Assembly (NCBI GenBank): GCA_000091165.1
Contig: FP565575.1
Location: forward strand, 690,001 to 722,000
Reading direction: 5' to 3'
Origin: Candidatus Methylomirabilis oxygeniifera
Lineage (GTDB): Bacteria; Methylomirabilota; Methylomirabilia; Methylomirabilales; Methylomirabilaceae
Length of the DNA stretch: 32,000 nucleotides
Shown: positions 15,997 through 24,703 of the stretch, one piece after another
How the letters are laid out: each line of letters starts with the position of its first letter
How positions within the stretch are numbered: position 1 is the first letter of the stretch
The notes under the pieces: model-generated
Database searches by the model: none
Seen by the model: only the letters and a program-made list of their open reading frames with translations
What the model was told of the DNA's origin: nothing
Made by a program: the position numbers and the translations under genes

Positions 15997-16734
15997 GTGA
16001 ACATGGGGGCGGACGTATGGCCGAAGATAACGGCGTGGGCGGTGCACCTGTTCACGGCCTTTGGCGCAGTTATCGGGGCCTGGTGTCTCGTCGCCATACA
16101 CAGGGGCGATTATCGGGAAGCGTTCTTCGGGATGCTGCTGGCCGTTGTGTTCGATGCTGTGGATGGACCGCTGGCCCGGAGGGCTCGTGTTAAAGAGGTT
16201 CTGCCCCAATTCGATGGAACGAAGCTGGACGATATCGTCGACTATCTGAATTATGTCGTGGTCCCGATCGTGTTCATTCATGATGCGAACCTGCTGCCGG
16301 CGTCGGGCTCTGGCTGGATTCTGTTCTTTCCACTGCTTGCCAGCGCCTACCGTTTCTGTCACGTCTCTGCCAAGACGCCCGACCATTTTTTCACCGGATT
16401 TCCTTCGTACTGGAACATTCTGGCTTTCTACTATTATGTCGGGAGGAGTCCACTCTGGTTCAATGCGGCCTTCACCGTCTTCGCGGCGATCATGGTGCTG
16501 GTACCGATCAGATATATCTATCCCAGCCGCACTCGAACCCTCCGTCCTCTAACCATCGGACTGGGTATTCTGTGGGTGGCGGTACTCCTGATGCTCCTCC
16601 GGCAGCTTCCCGATCCGTCGCCATCGCTGGTTGCCTGGTCTCTGGTCTACCCGATCTACTATACAGTCCTCTCGTTTGCGCTGCATTGGCGCTTCCTGTC
16701 TGAAGGCAGACACACGTCTTTCGAATCACGGTGA
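15997..16734 (+). CDS. pcs: Phosphatidylcholine synthase (CDP-alcohol phosphatidyltransferase family)
   Basis: 245-aa polytopic membrane protein. It has the CDP-alcohol transferase motif DAVDGPLARRARVKEVLPQFDGTKLDDIVDYLNYVVVP and the N-terminal AWAVHLFTAFGAV segment characteristic of bacterial Pcs (recognised from memory of rhizobial Pcs). Confidence 0.8.
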   Translation: MNMGADVWPKITAWAVHLFTAFGAVIGAWCLVAIHRGDYREAFFGMLLAVVFDAVDGPLARRARVKEVLPQFDGTKLDDIVDYLNYVVVPIVFIHDANLLPASGSGWILFFPLLASAYRFCHVSAKTPDHFFTGFPSYWNILAFYYYVGRSPLWFNAAFTVFAAIMVLVPIRYIYPSRTRTLRPLTIGLGILWVAVLLMLLRQLPDPSPSLVAWSLVYPIYYTVLSFALHWRFLSEGRHTSFESR

Positions 16735-17676
16735 GGTTGACGCAGGTGGGGTCGACTGTTTGAAGGCGTCCGGTCCGTTCGGTAAACTGTCCAGAAAGGC
16801 GGCATCGAGGGTCACCACATCTTCTCCAGGTTCGGCCATAGCGTAGACACCGACCTGCGGGTCGGCAGCCTTCTTGAGCAGGAGGCGCTTCACGCCGCCT
16901 GCGTCCTTCAGCTCCACGATCAGGTCGGGACGTTCCAGGCCGTACTTACGTTTGGCGTCTGGACCGGAGTCGACAAATGTGGTCACACGGGCATCCTTGA
17001 TCTTCCACAGCATCTGCCCAATCACGGCTGCATCTGCCCTGGCCTTGATCGGCTTGCTGATCTCCCATCCCTTTTCTTCAACCTGGCTGAGGCTGATCGG
17101 TTGTCCCTTGATGGTGATCTCGACCCTGGTGACCTGGTTCGGTTCCAGCGCCAGTAGCGCTTTGTTACGGAAGTCGTCCGACTTCTTGTCTGTGCGGAGC
17201 CGTATAACAACGGTCGCCAGGAAGACCGCGGGCTGATCGGGTCGTTTGGCGTAGACGGAGCGGCCGTTCGGATTCAGATCGCCCAGCAGGATGGTTGGTA
17301 AGGTCTTTCCACTCTTGAGCGTGAGACCAAGCTGAATCGAAGGACGCTCAAGCCCGTAGTCGGCGAGATTCGTGGGTGCGTCCTCGATGCGTCGTTCTTC
17401 CTTAGCTTCCAGAAGCGTATGGAGCAGTGATGTGACCTCTGTATCATCGGCCGTGGCCTGTACAGGTTCGATCAGGCGCCATGCATCGTCTTTACGCTTC
17501 AGCACGATCCGCCCTTCGCCCCGCGTGATGACGATCTCTTCGACATCCTTCTCCTCGGTGCGGAATAGGCGGTTGCCATCCGACCCGAATCCATTCCTTT
17601 TGGTCTCTATGGCGTAGTAGCCCACGGCCAGAGCCGCCAGAACCACTACGAGAAGGCTGAGCGATCGCCACCTCAT
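16726..17676 (-). CDS. DUF4340-type protein, accessory component of the GldG-like ABC system
   Basis: The preferred start is the ATG at 17676, which overlaps the GldG-like stop (ATGA) and precedes the signal anchor MRWRSLSLLVVVLAALAVGYYA. The longer ORF-track N-terminus (to 17850) overlaps the upstream gene. It is the last gene of the operon, as is usual for DUF4340. Confidence 0.7.
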   Translation of the reverse strand: MRWRSLSLLVVVLAALAVGYYAIETKRNGFGSDGNRLFRTEEKDVEEIVITRGEGRIVLKRKDDAWRLIEPVQATADDTEVTSLLHTLLEAKEERRIEDAPTNLADYGLERPSIQLGLTLKSGKTLPTILLGDLNPNGRSVYAKRPDQPAVFLATVVIRLRTDKKSDDFRNKALLALEPNQVTRVEITIKGQPISLSQVEEKGWEISKPIKARADAAVIGQMLWKIKDARVTTFVDSGPDAKRKYGLERPDLIVELKDAGGVKRLLLKKAADPQVGVYAMAEPGEDVVTLDAAFLDSLPNGPDAFKQSTPPASTSP

Positions 17677-19271
17677 CGTGACCGTTTTCGTCCGAGGACG
17701 ACGGATGTCCCGGAGACCAGGAATAGGGCCGGCACCACGACGACCAGGAACCAGAAGGCCATTCGCCCTTGCGTCGCGCTCAAGATAATGGGAGTGGTCT
17801 TTGCCTCCCTCGGCCGGATGGAGATCATCCCCTCCTCTTCGGCCAGCCAACTGATGCTGTTCAGGAACAGATCCCGGTTCCCCGAGAAGTTCAAAAAGCT
17901 ATTGCCGGCAAAGCTGGAGGTGCCGTACACCACTAACCGGGCTGCTGTCGGTTGTTCGTGAGCCTCCTGCTCTTTATCTCCCTTCCCTATAGTGTTCCTC
18001 TTCGCCTCTGCGGCTGCTGCTGTCTGCTGGGCCTGCACCGTGGCGATGGCCCCCACTGAGACCGGTCCCTGCCGATCCTGTCCTTTCTCAAAGCTGAGTT
18101 GACCCCGATTCAACTCGCCTTTATCGGACTCCGCCCAGCTTCCCGGACCCGTTTCCCCGAGCTTCTGGACGGTGACACCCTGCGGCGTCGGTTGCGCGAC
18201 GTCCACAGAGCGCGCAAAGGGAAAAAGAGAGGCAAGGGTGAAATTCTGGGTAATCGCATGCGGATAGTAATTGGAGACCACCGGCATCAGGTAATCACCG
18301 CCCATGGTACGGGCGTACTGATCTACAATCACATCGTCCCCGACCGTGATGCCGTATCGGCCCACAAATGCCTTGAGGCTCGGCGCCGCATATGGATCGA
18401 GCTGGATGAGCAGCTTGCCGCCGCGCTCGACAAACGCCTGCAGGGCCTGCAGCTCCGATTCAGCCGGGTCGCGCTTCGGCCCGCTGATCACGAGCATCGA
18501 AGCGTCCTGTGGAACCTCACGTTCGCGGACGAGCAACAGTTCCTTGACCTGGTAGTTAGCCTTCTCGATCGCCTCTTTTGCCTGTCGGTAGCCGTTCCGC
18601 GATCCGTCCTCCAACTCGTTTTCCCCATGTCCCTTCAGGAAATAGATCGTGCGCTTCCCTTCGCGGAGCAGCTTGACCAGCCCATTCGTCAGGTGCTCCT
18701 CATCCACCTCAGAGATCTTTTCTTCCTTATCCTTCGTCTCTAAGATCGTGGTCCCGTAGGTCGCGATGCCGTATCGCTTGGCCCTGCCGGGGTTCCTGTC
18801 GGGATCGACCACTTCGAAGCGGAACCGTTGCGAAAGGTCGGCATACTGGCGCAGGAGGTCTTCGGCGGGTCGGCGCTCCGCCTGGTCGGCTCGGAAGAAG
18901 GCCGTGACCTGGACATCCGCAGCGAGTCCTCCGACCACCTTCCTGGTCTGATCGGCGAGACTGTACCGCTTCCCTGCCGTCAGGTCGAACCGCGTGTTGT
19001 GCTTAGCCGAGATGACCTCCACCAGAACGATGATCCCCAGCACCAGCATCGTCATCAGGACGACGTTCAATCCGGTAATCGTAGAGCGCCGACTCAGCCA
19101 AGCCATGATTGCGCCAAAGGAACGGTACACACCGATAAGGATAAGGACCGCCCCGAGCAGGAGGATGCTTCCCATCCATGCCTTCAAGTCCGGGCTGATG
19201 TTGTAGGCAATCCCGCCGGCGACAAGGAGGATGAGGCCGGCCGGTACGGTAAGGCGAGCAAGTTTGTCCAT
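17673..19271 (-). CDS. GldG-like ABC-transporter auxiliary protein (ABC_transp_aux family)
   Basis: 532 aa with N-terminal TM helices, a large periplasmic domain and a C-terminal TM helix (FWFLVVVVPALFLVSG). The ATG at 19271 lies 2 nt after the permease stop and has the SD GGTGGAGGGG. Confidence 0.75.
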   Translation of the reverse strand: MDKLARLTVPAGLILLVAGGIAYNISPDLKAWMGSILLLGAVLILIGVYRSFGAIMAWLSRRSTITGLNVVLMTMLVLGIIVLVEVISAKHNTRFDLTAGKRYSLADQTRKVVGGLAADVQVTAFFRADQAERRPAEDLLRQYADLSQRFRFEVVDPDRNPGRAKRYGIATYGTTILETKDKEEKISEVDEEHLTNGLVKLLREGKRTIYFLKGHGENELEDGSRNGYRQAKEAIEKANYQVKELLLVREREVPQDASMLVISGPKRDPAESELQALQAFVERGGKLLIQLDPYAAPSLKAFVGRYGITVGDDVIVDQYARTMGGDYLMPVVSNYYPHAITQNFTLASLFPFARSVDVAQPTPQGVTVQKLGETGPGSWAESDKGELNRGQLSFEKGQDRQGPVSVGAIATVQAQQTAAAAEAKRNTIGKGDKEQEAHEQPTAARLVVYGTSSFAGNSFLNFSGNRDLFLNSISWLAEEEGMISIRPREAKTTPIILSATQGRMAFWFLVVVVPALFLVSGTSVVLGRKRSR

Positions 19272-19273
19272 GG

Positions 19274-20041
19274 CTAGCCCCTCCACCGTTTCGATTCGAG
19301 GGAACGGAGCGTCAGGAAGAGGCAGAGGAGTGTGAAGTTGAGGTAGAAGATCACGTCCCTGCTTTCAATGGTGCCCTTGGCGAAACTGTCGTAATGGTTG
19401 ATGATCGAGAGGTGTGAGAGGATGGGGCCCAGCGTCGGCCCGGCCGCCTCGGCGGTCCAACCGATGACCCACAGCAACAAGAGGACGCCGAAGGCCCCGA
19501 CGGCGGCGACCACCTGGTTTTCGGTCAGGGCGGAGGCGAGAATCCCGAGTGCCAGGAAAGCCATGCCGAGAAGCAGGAGGCCAAGGTAGCCGCTCAGGAT
19601 GAGCCCCCATTCCAACGTCGCAAAGGTCCCGAGCATTGCGATGTCAAGCAGGCTGATCCCGAGCATCGCTGCGTACAGCGCGAGCGCCGCCAGGAACTTA
19701 CCCAACAGCAGCTCCCAGTCCCTGATCGGGTACGAGAAAAGCAGCTCGATGGTTCCCGTCTTCTTCTCTTCGGAAAACAGGCGCATGGTGGCCGCGGGCA
19801 TCAGGAGCAGCATCGTAATGGCGATATCACGAAACAGCGGGCGAACGATCCACTCAGAGGCATTCAGACCTCGACCGAAGGCGGGGTTCATCGTGGCCTG
19901 CAGGCTGCTGAGCGAGAAAAAGGCGAGAAGACCATAGAAAAAGTAGCCTGAGATGAGCGCGAAGATGGTCAGGACCACGTAGGCGATCGGCGAGGCGAAG
20001 TAGGCGCGCCATTCTTTCTTGAAGATCGCCAGGACGTTCAT
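19274..20041 (-). CDS. ABC-2 type transporter permease (GldF-like)
   Basis: 255 aa with six hydrophobic helices and the N-terminus MNVLAIFKKEWRAYFASPIAYVVL typical of ABC-2 permeases. Its start overlaps the ATPase stop (ATGA). Confidence 0.85.
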   Translation of the reverse strand: MNVLAIFKKEWRAYFASPIAYVVLTIFALISGYFFYGLLAFFSLSSLQATMNPAFGRGLNASEWIVRPLFRDIAITMLLLMPAATMRLFSEEKKTGTIELLFSYPIRDWELLLGKFLAALALYAAMLGISLLDIAMLGTFATLEWGLILSGYLGLLLLGMAFLALGILASALTENQVVAAVGAFGVLLLLWVIGWTAEAAGPTLGPILSHLSIINHYDSFAKGTIESRDVIFYLNFTLLCLFLTLRSLESKRWRG

Positions 20042-21024
20042 GACTGCACCTCATGCGCTTCCTTGGTTACCAGGCGCACGAAGATCTCCTCCAAGCTCAT
20101 GTCGGCGGGACGGAGCTCCAGCAGTCCCCATCCGCGCTCAACGATCAGACGGGAGACCTCACGACGCAGGTCGCAATGTCGCTCCGACTCGACGACAAGG
20201 CTGTGGGTAGTCTCGCCTGTCTGTGCGTCGGCATGTCCGGCAGACAGGCGCGCCTCATCCTCCGCCATGACCCGCAGCACGCCTGGAAGCTGGGTTAGGG
20301 CCATCCCAACCTGGTTCACTGGTCCCTCGACCCTGATGCGCAGTTTGGTGGAACTCTGAAGCCCGGCCGTCAGGTTCTCCGGGGTATCGACTGCCACAAT
20401 CTGTCCGTTGTTGATGATAATCACCCGATGACAGAGCATGCTGACCTCTGGCAGGATGTGCGTGGACAGGATCACCGTGCTTTGGCCGGCCAGCTCTTTG
20501 ATGAGCTGTCTGATTTCGATAATTTGGCTCGGATCGAGCCCGATAGTCGGCTCATCCATGATGAGCACCTCAGGATCGTTGAGCAGCGCCTGAGCGATCC
20601 CGACCCGCTGCTTGTAACCGCGCGAGAGGGCGCCGATCAAGGTCCGCCGGACTTTGGCGACGCCGCACTTGTCCATGATCTCGTCGATCCTCTGTCGCCT
20701 CCGTCCACGATCTACGCCCTTCACCTCTGCCACGAACGCCAGGTAGTCGGTCACCTTCATGTCGGTATAGAGCGGTACGTTCTCCGGCAGGTAGCCGATA
20801 CGTCGCCGCACCTGGAGCGATTCGATCAGAATATCATAGCCCGCGACGCGCGCCGTCCCGCTGCTGGGCGGCAGACAACCGGTCAGGATCCGCATCGTGG
20901 TGGTCTTGCCGGCGCCGTTCGGCCCGAGAAACCCCACGATCTCCCCTTTATCGACCTTGAAGGAGACGTCCCGAATCGCCGTATGCTTGTCGTAAAATTT
21001 CGTGAGCTTGTCCGCTTCGATCAT
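20038..21024 (-). CDS. ABC transporter ATP-binding protein (GldA-like)
   Basis: Walker A GPNGAGKTT, signature LSRGYKQRV, Walker B VLIMDEPTIGLD and H-loop STHIL are all present. The real start is the ATG at 21024 (MIEADKLTKFYDK) with SD AGGAGAGAGA. The ORF-track extension to 21312 runs across the transposon end and is spurious. Confidence 0.9.
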   Translation of the reverse strand: MIEADKLTKFYDKHTAIRDVSFKVDKGEIVGFLGPNGAGKTTTMRILTGCLPPSSGTARVAGYDILIESLQVRRRIGYLPENVPLYTDMKVTDYLAFVAEVKGVDRGRRRQRIDEIMDKCGVAKVRRTLIGALSRGYKQRVGIAQALLNDPEVLIMDEPTIGLDPSQIIEIRQLIKELAGQSTVILSTHILPEVSMLCHRVIIINNGQIVAVDTPENLTAGLQSSTKLRIRVEGPVNQVGMALTQLPGVLRVMAEDEARLSAGHADAQTGETTHSLVVESERHCDLRREVSRLIVERGWGLLELRPADMSLEEIFVRLVTKEAHEVQS

Positions 21025-21085
21025 TCTCTCTCCTGTTGCGTCCCTGCCGCCGGTCGGCAGCCTGAATCTCGAAAGACCATCGGAC

Positions 21086-21115
21086 ATTGTACACGATCCT
21101 GCTTGCTTCGCGCAA
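21086..21115 (-). promoter_or_regulatory. Candidate promoter of the ABC operon
   Basis: On the minus strand: TTGCGC (21115-21110), an 18-nt spacer, then TACAAT (21091-21086). A CTGCCG-n5-CGGCAG hairpin lies in the leader. The -35 box is only 15 nt from the transposon's left end. Confidence 0.35.
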
Positions 21116-21122
21116 CGGCGGT

Positions 21123-21130
21123 GCGATACG
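21123..21130. repeat. Target-site duplication, left copy (GCGATACG)
   Basis: This 8-mer directly abuts the left TIR. An identical 8-mer directly abuts the right TIR at 26802-26809. Confidence 0.85.
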
Positions 21131-21149
21131 GGTAGTGGGTCAGTTTGAA
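21131..21149 (+). repeat. Left terminal inverted repeat
   Basis: GGTAGTGGGTCAGTTTGAA. It contains the transposase stop codon (tca at 21140-21142 = TGA on the minus strand). Confidence 0.9.
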
Positions 21150-21973
21150 TCCAGTAAGCCGACAATTTCTTCGAGCGACCATACATGATCGGTAACTCCC
21201 GCCTGCATCGCCGGGGTAACTCGAAGCGTCTGATGTACCCGCCCGAAGTTGTACCACATGAAATGTAGGGCAACAGCGGCCTCAAGGTTCTCAACTTTCT
21301 TCGAGAAGGCATTAGTCAGTCGAGTGAATCTCCTCATGCTCATGCGCATGGTAAGGTTCTGGCGTTCCACAAACGAGGTCGAGACGTGCCGAGGATCGGG
21401 GTTTCCTTCAATCCGGTTTTTCTGGCATCCCGTACACTGAGGCGGACTGTATCGCCTCTGCTGCTGCTCTGGCGCTTCCCCGAACAGCTTCACTAATTGC
21501 GCGTAGTCCACATCGGCTCCAAACGCACCCTCTATGGCAGTCAGATACATCTTCAACCCGTCCGTCGTGAGTTGTACGCGGGTAGCGAGCCGCGTTGCAA
21601 GATCGTTGATAAACTCAGCAGCATAGCCCGCGTCACGTTCGCCTACCAGCCAAGAGATCATCAGTTTGGAGTCGGCGTCCATAGCCGCCCAAGTCCACAC
21701 ATCGCCGACTCCTGGTTTTCCCTTCATGTGCTCAGGCACGTTCTTTTCCTTCGCATAGCAGAATGACCATATCTCATCGCACTGGATACGCTTGCAGCGG
21801 AGATTCACGAGGGTTCGCCGCTGGTACTCACTGCAAGCTGCTCCGAGATCGGCCAAGAGCTTGAGGACCGTGCCTTTGGCTACACCCGTCATGCGGACAG
21901 TGGAGCGAATCGAATTGCCTTCGACTAGGGCGGCTACGACTTGTGCCCGCTTGTCCTTGCTTAATCTGTTCAT
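21140..21973 (-). CDS. IS1-family-like DDE transposase (single-ORF type)
   Basis: 277 aa from the ATG at 21973 (MNRLSKDKRAQVVAALVEGNSIRST = N-terminal HTH). The core pattern is CDEIWSF...WTWAAMDADSKL...LTTDGLKMY...SFVERQNLTMRMSMRRFTRLTNAFSKKVENL. This parallels IS1 InsB (DExW...TDG...ERxNLxxRxxxxRLxRKxxxFSK), recalled from memory. Confidence 0.8.
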   Translation of the reverse strand: MNRLSKDKRAQVVAALVEGNSIRSTVRMTGVAKGTVLKLLADLGAACSEYQRRTLVNLRCKRIQCDEIWSFCYAKEKNVPEHMKGKPGVGDVWTWAAMDADSKLMISWLVGERDAGYAAEFINDLATRLATRVQLTTDGLKMYLTAIEGAFGADVDYAQLVKLFGEAPEQQQRRYSPPQCTGCQKNRIEGNPDPRHVSTSFVERQNLTMRMSMRRFTRLTNAFSKKVENLEAAVALHFMWYNFGRVHQTLRVTPAMQAGVTDHVWSLEEIVGLLDSN

Positions 21974-22064
21974 ACTCAGAATATAGCTTGAGCGGTCAAG
22001 CATGTCAAGAGGAAAATGATGTTGAAACATTGTGGCGGCGATAGATTATGAGAAGATTGGCGTC

Positions 22065-23123
22065 CTAGACGAGTCGCAATGAATTAGGTTGGCCCAAATA
22101 GATGGCTTTTACCTCTTTTTCACGTAAAGCGATAAGATGACTAAACTCGGCGATGCTGTACTGCAATCTGGTTCGATGGAGATCAATAAGCTTATTGAGC
22201 AATCGAGGTTGCTCTGCTGGAATATCAAGTTCCGGGGGTTCCCGAAGCCGATAGCCAGCCTTACTGAATTGCATCCAGATATACCGCTCCTGCCTTTCCG
22301 TAATCTTGCCAAGTTTGGCGGCCCGTTTTAGAAGTGCGCCCATAGATACTTTCCAGTACGGCTTCAATATAGCAAGCTTAGGTACAGTGATTTCGCTAAG
22401 AGAATGCCTGATATCATCGGCAGGCATAAGAAAACTGGCCGCGAATCTATTGGCTTGGTCTTCAAGGTCCGCGTTCACAGTGCGGTGCATAATCACATGA
22501 CCAAGCTCATGAGCTAGACTGAAGCGCATTCGGTCGCCTGGTACTCCCGCGTTCACAAAGAATAAAGGTGGAAGACCAGTAATCCACTGACTAATTGCAT
22601 CTATCTTGCGAGTGTCAAAATCACACTTAATAATGATCCCGCCAGCATCCTCAATGGCCTTTGTAACGTTCTGTATTGGCCCCTTGGGAAGGACCCAACT
22701 TGCTCGGACAGCCAGTGCGACGTTCTCGGCCTGGCCATCAAACTCGTCTATGTCGAATTTTGGAAAACTCTTAGCTGGCTCAATCTCTGCGGCCTTAAGC
22801 ATTTTGGCCACATGGAATCTTCGGATATTGACCATAGCGTGAATTTTGTTCAGAGTCTTAATGGAGATGGTTTCTTTCTTTCTGTGAAACAGAATACTTG
22901 TTCCTATTCCATAGAGATCCTCATCCTGAAAAAAGAAGTGCTCAGGATAGTCTAGGGCACTGGATAGGGTCTTCAGCATTTCATCAGAGAGAGGCAATAG
23001 TCCCGCCTCAATCTTTGAGATTCGCGCCTGGGAAGCACCTACCTTGGTCGCTAATTCGCTTTGCGTTAATCCGCGAGATTCGCGGCCAAGGACTACCATT
23101 TTTGGGTTAACCTGAGGCTTCAT
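22065..23123 (-). CDS. XRE-family HTH fused to ImmA/IrrE (M78, COG2856) zinc metallopeptidase domain
   Basis: N-terminal HTH: RGLTQSELATKVGASQARISKIEAG. The central domain has the HExxH motif SLAHELGHVIMH. The start is either the ATG at 23123 (17-nt overlap with the upstream gene) or the ATG at 23099. Confidence 0.85.
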   Translation of the reverse strand: MKPQVNPKMVVLGRESRGLTQSELATKVGASQARISKIEAGLLPLSDEMLKTLSSALDYPEHFFFQDEDLYGIGTSILFHRKKETISIKTLNKIHAMVNIRRFHVAKMLKAAEIEPAKSFPKFDIDEFDGQAENVALAVRASWVLPKGPIQNVTKAIEDAGGIIIKCDFDTRKIDAISQWITGLPPLFFVNAGVPGDRMRFSLAHELGHVIMHRTVNADLEDQANRFAASFLMPADDIRHSLSEITVPKLAILKPYWKVSMGALLKRAAKLGKITERQERYIWMQFSKAGYRLREPPELDIPAEQPRLLNKLIDLHRTRLQYSIAEFSHLIALREKEVKAIYLGQPNSLRLV

Positions 23124-23703
23124 TTTTCATCTTCTTTAGCTCGCCAACCTTTGGATGCACTTGTGTTTCTGCGTGCTGCGAAGGCGTGATCTCATGGACC
23201 AGTGGAATGCTAGATTGAAGCTCGACCTCCAGGTCAATAACGTATTCGGTACCTTGCCAGCGAGGGCAGCTTATTAGAACAGCGGCGATCATGGTCTGCA
23301 AATCGTTCAACTGGTATCCAACATCAAGTCTAGTGGATTCCGGGATTCCATCCAGTGGTAGATTGTCCATGAAGGCAATAGCTTGTTGTGTTGGGTAGTT
23401 TCTTGACCGTCGGTTCTTGCCGAGCTTCTTGAAGCGGAGAAGTGCCTTTCCCTCAACGTGCACTAGAAAATAGCCTCGCTGCATAAGCGACCGAACATTT
23501 GGGACATTTTCAAATGCTTGGCGAGCTAGTTCTACCATATGATCGCGTAGAATGTTGGCCCTGGTACGAGGCGTGTGAATCATCCTGACTTCAGGAGGAT
23601 ACTTACTGAGATAATCGTCCCAGGCGGGTCGTACACAGCTATGAATCCGCTCATAATGAGGTTTGAGGAGGTTTTCCGCTTCAACTCTTGTGAGTCGTGA
23701 CAT
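23107..23703 (-). CDS. Hypothetical protein (198 aa), first gene of the XRE-ImmA operon
   Basis: The ATG at 23703 is preceded by the SD AAGGAGA at 9 nt. There is no TM segment, no signal peptide and no motif I recognise. Its 3' end overlaps the XRE-ImmA start. Confidence 0.6.
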   Translation of the reverse strand: MSRLTRVEAENLLKPHYERIHSCVRPAWDDYLSKYPPEVRMIHTPRTRANILRDHMVELARQAFENVPNVRSLMQRGYFLVHVEGKALLRFKKLGKNRRSRNYPTQQAIAFMDNLPLDGIPESTRLDVGYQLNDLQTMIAAVLISCPRWQGTEYVIDLEVELQSSIPLVHEITPSQHAETQVHPKVGELKKMKNEASG

Positions 23704-23882
23704 ATTTCCCAATCTCCTTTCTCCAACAAGGTTCAAAAGGAGACTACAGAGGTAATTGTCAAAAGTCAAGATAATTATTCTTATTATTATTCCGCGTCAC
23801 AATCAAGGGTTCGGGACTCTTGTTTCTATGCTAATCCTAGTATGTAGAACTATCGTATTCATTCCGATAACCTACTGCGCAA

Positions 23883-24098
23883 ATGAACACAGACATCCTG
23901 TTACGTTTTGGACAAAAAGTACGGCAAAGACGGCTGTCTCTTGCGATATCCCAAGAGGAACTTGCAGAGCGTGCAGGCGTTCATCGCACATACGTCGGGA
24001 TGATCGAGCGAGGAGAAAAAAACATCACACTGCGCAACATTGTGAAGTTTGCCAAGGCGCTCGATATGCCAGTCCATAATCTAATGAAATTCAAATAG
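23883..24098 (+). CDS. Restriction-modification controller (C) protein, XRE-type HTH
   Basis: 71 aa. The HTH LSQEELAERAGVHRTYVGMIERGEKNITLRNIVKFAKAL, the size, and the position 5 nt upstream of an endonuclease gene are typical of C proteins. Confidence 0.75.
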   Translation: MNTDILLRFGQKVRQRRLSLAISQEELAERAGVHRTYVGMIERGEKNITLRNIVKFAKALDMPVHNLMKFK

Positions 24099-24103
24099 GT
24101 ATT

Positions 24104-24703
24104 ATGGGCAGTAAAGAACTAAAGGGCAGGGCCGTTTGGCAAGATCAAAGTGGAGCAAACGCGAAGGTTGCCGAAAAGGATTTCTACGCTGTTTTCGAAA
24201 CGGCATTTCAAAACACTTCGTTTCGGATAAGGTCAAAACCGAAGGAATTTAAGAACATATACACAAATGTGATCCTTGACCCGAGTGTTTCCGCTGAAAT
24301 ATACAATCCGAAAGAAGGGATCAAGAGGCACGGAATAAGCCCCGACTACGCGATCGACAATCTTGATACGAAGAAAACGCTGTATGTTGAAGTGAAAAGG
24401 CAAGACGGTTGGGTTGAGGGCGGCAAGCGTTCCGATGGTCGAGGGAATGCCCATGAAAGATCATGCAAGTTCTTTACTCCAGGACTACTGGAGGTGATGC
24501 GACATCAAGGAAGACTTGGCGATAAGGTTCTTCCCTTCTGGACTGTCTTTCTTGGTGATATCACTCGCGATCCATGCCGAGTTCGGGAAATAACTTTGTG
24601 GTATAAGGGCTATGAAGATCATTTTTTCTTTTGGCGAAACCCGAAGGATGAGAAATCTCTGTTGAAACACTTTCAAGAGAAGCTTAAACACTTACTGATC
24701 TGA
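24104..24703 (+). CDS. Type II restriction endonuclease, MunI/EcoRI-like (PD-(D/E)XK)
   Basis: Catalytic pattern SPDYAIDN...LYVEVKRQD (PD...ExK). The segment GRGNAHERSCKFFTPGLL resembles the EcoRI GNAIERSHK / MunI GNAHERSCK AATT-recognition segment. ...LPFWTVFLGDITRDPCRVREITLWY also matches my memory of R.MunI. Confidence 0.75.
   Translation: MGSKELKGRAVWQDQSGANAKVAEKDFYAVFETAFQNTSFRIRSKPKEFKNIYTNVILDPSVSAEIYNPKEGIKRHGISPDYAIDNLDTKKTLYVEVKRQDGWVEGGKRSDGRGNAHERSCKFFTPGLLEVMRHQGRLGDKVLPFWTVFLGDITRDPCRVREITLWYKGYEDHFFFWRNPKDEKSLLKHFQEKLKHLLI

Noticed and set aside
21025-21312. 96-codon N-terminal extension of the ABC ATPase ORF
   Set aside because: The extension crosses the transposon TIR at 21131 and overlaps the transposase gene. 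The ATG at 21024 has a strong SD and yields a normal ABC N-terminus.
22027-22049. TTGAAACATTGTGGCGGCGATAG upstream of the transposase, vaguely resembling the right TIR start (TTCAAAC) followed by GCGATA, and the left flank GGCGGTGCGATA
   Set aside because: Only about 7 of 16 positions match the TIR when aligned, and the GCGATA-like hexamer is imperfect. This is insufficient to define an internal IS end. It is kept as the main alternative to test under the transposon finding.
23770-23882. Search for C-boxes (GACT..AGTC-type operators) upstream of the C-protein gene
   Set aside because: Only short, weak symmetries were found (ATAATTAT, TAGT-n7-ACTA, TATCG-n9-CGATA). None resembles known C-box architecture well enough to annotate.
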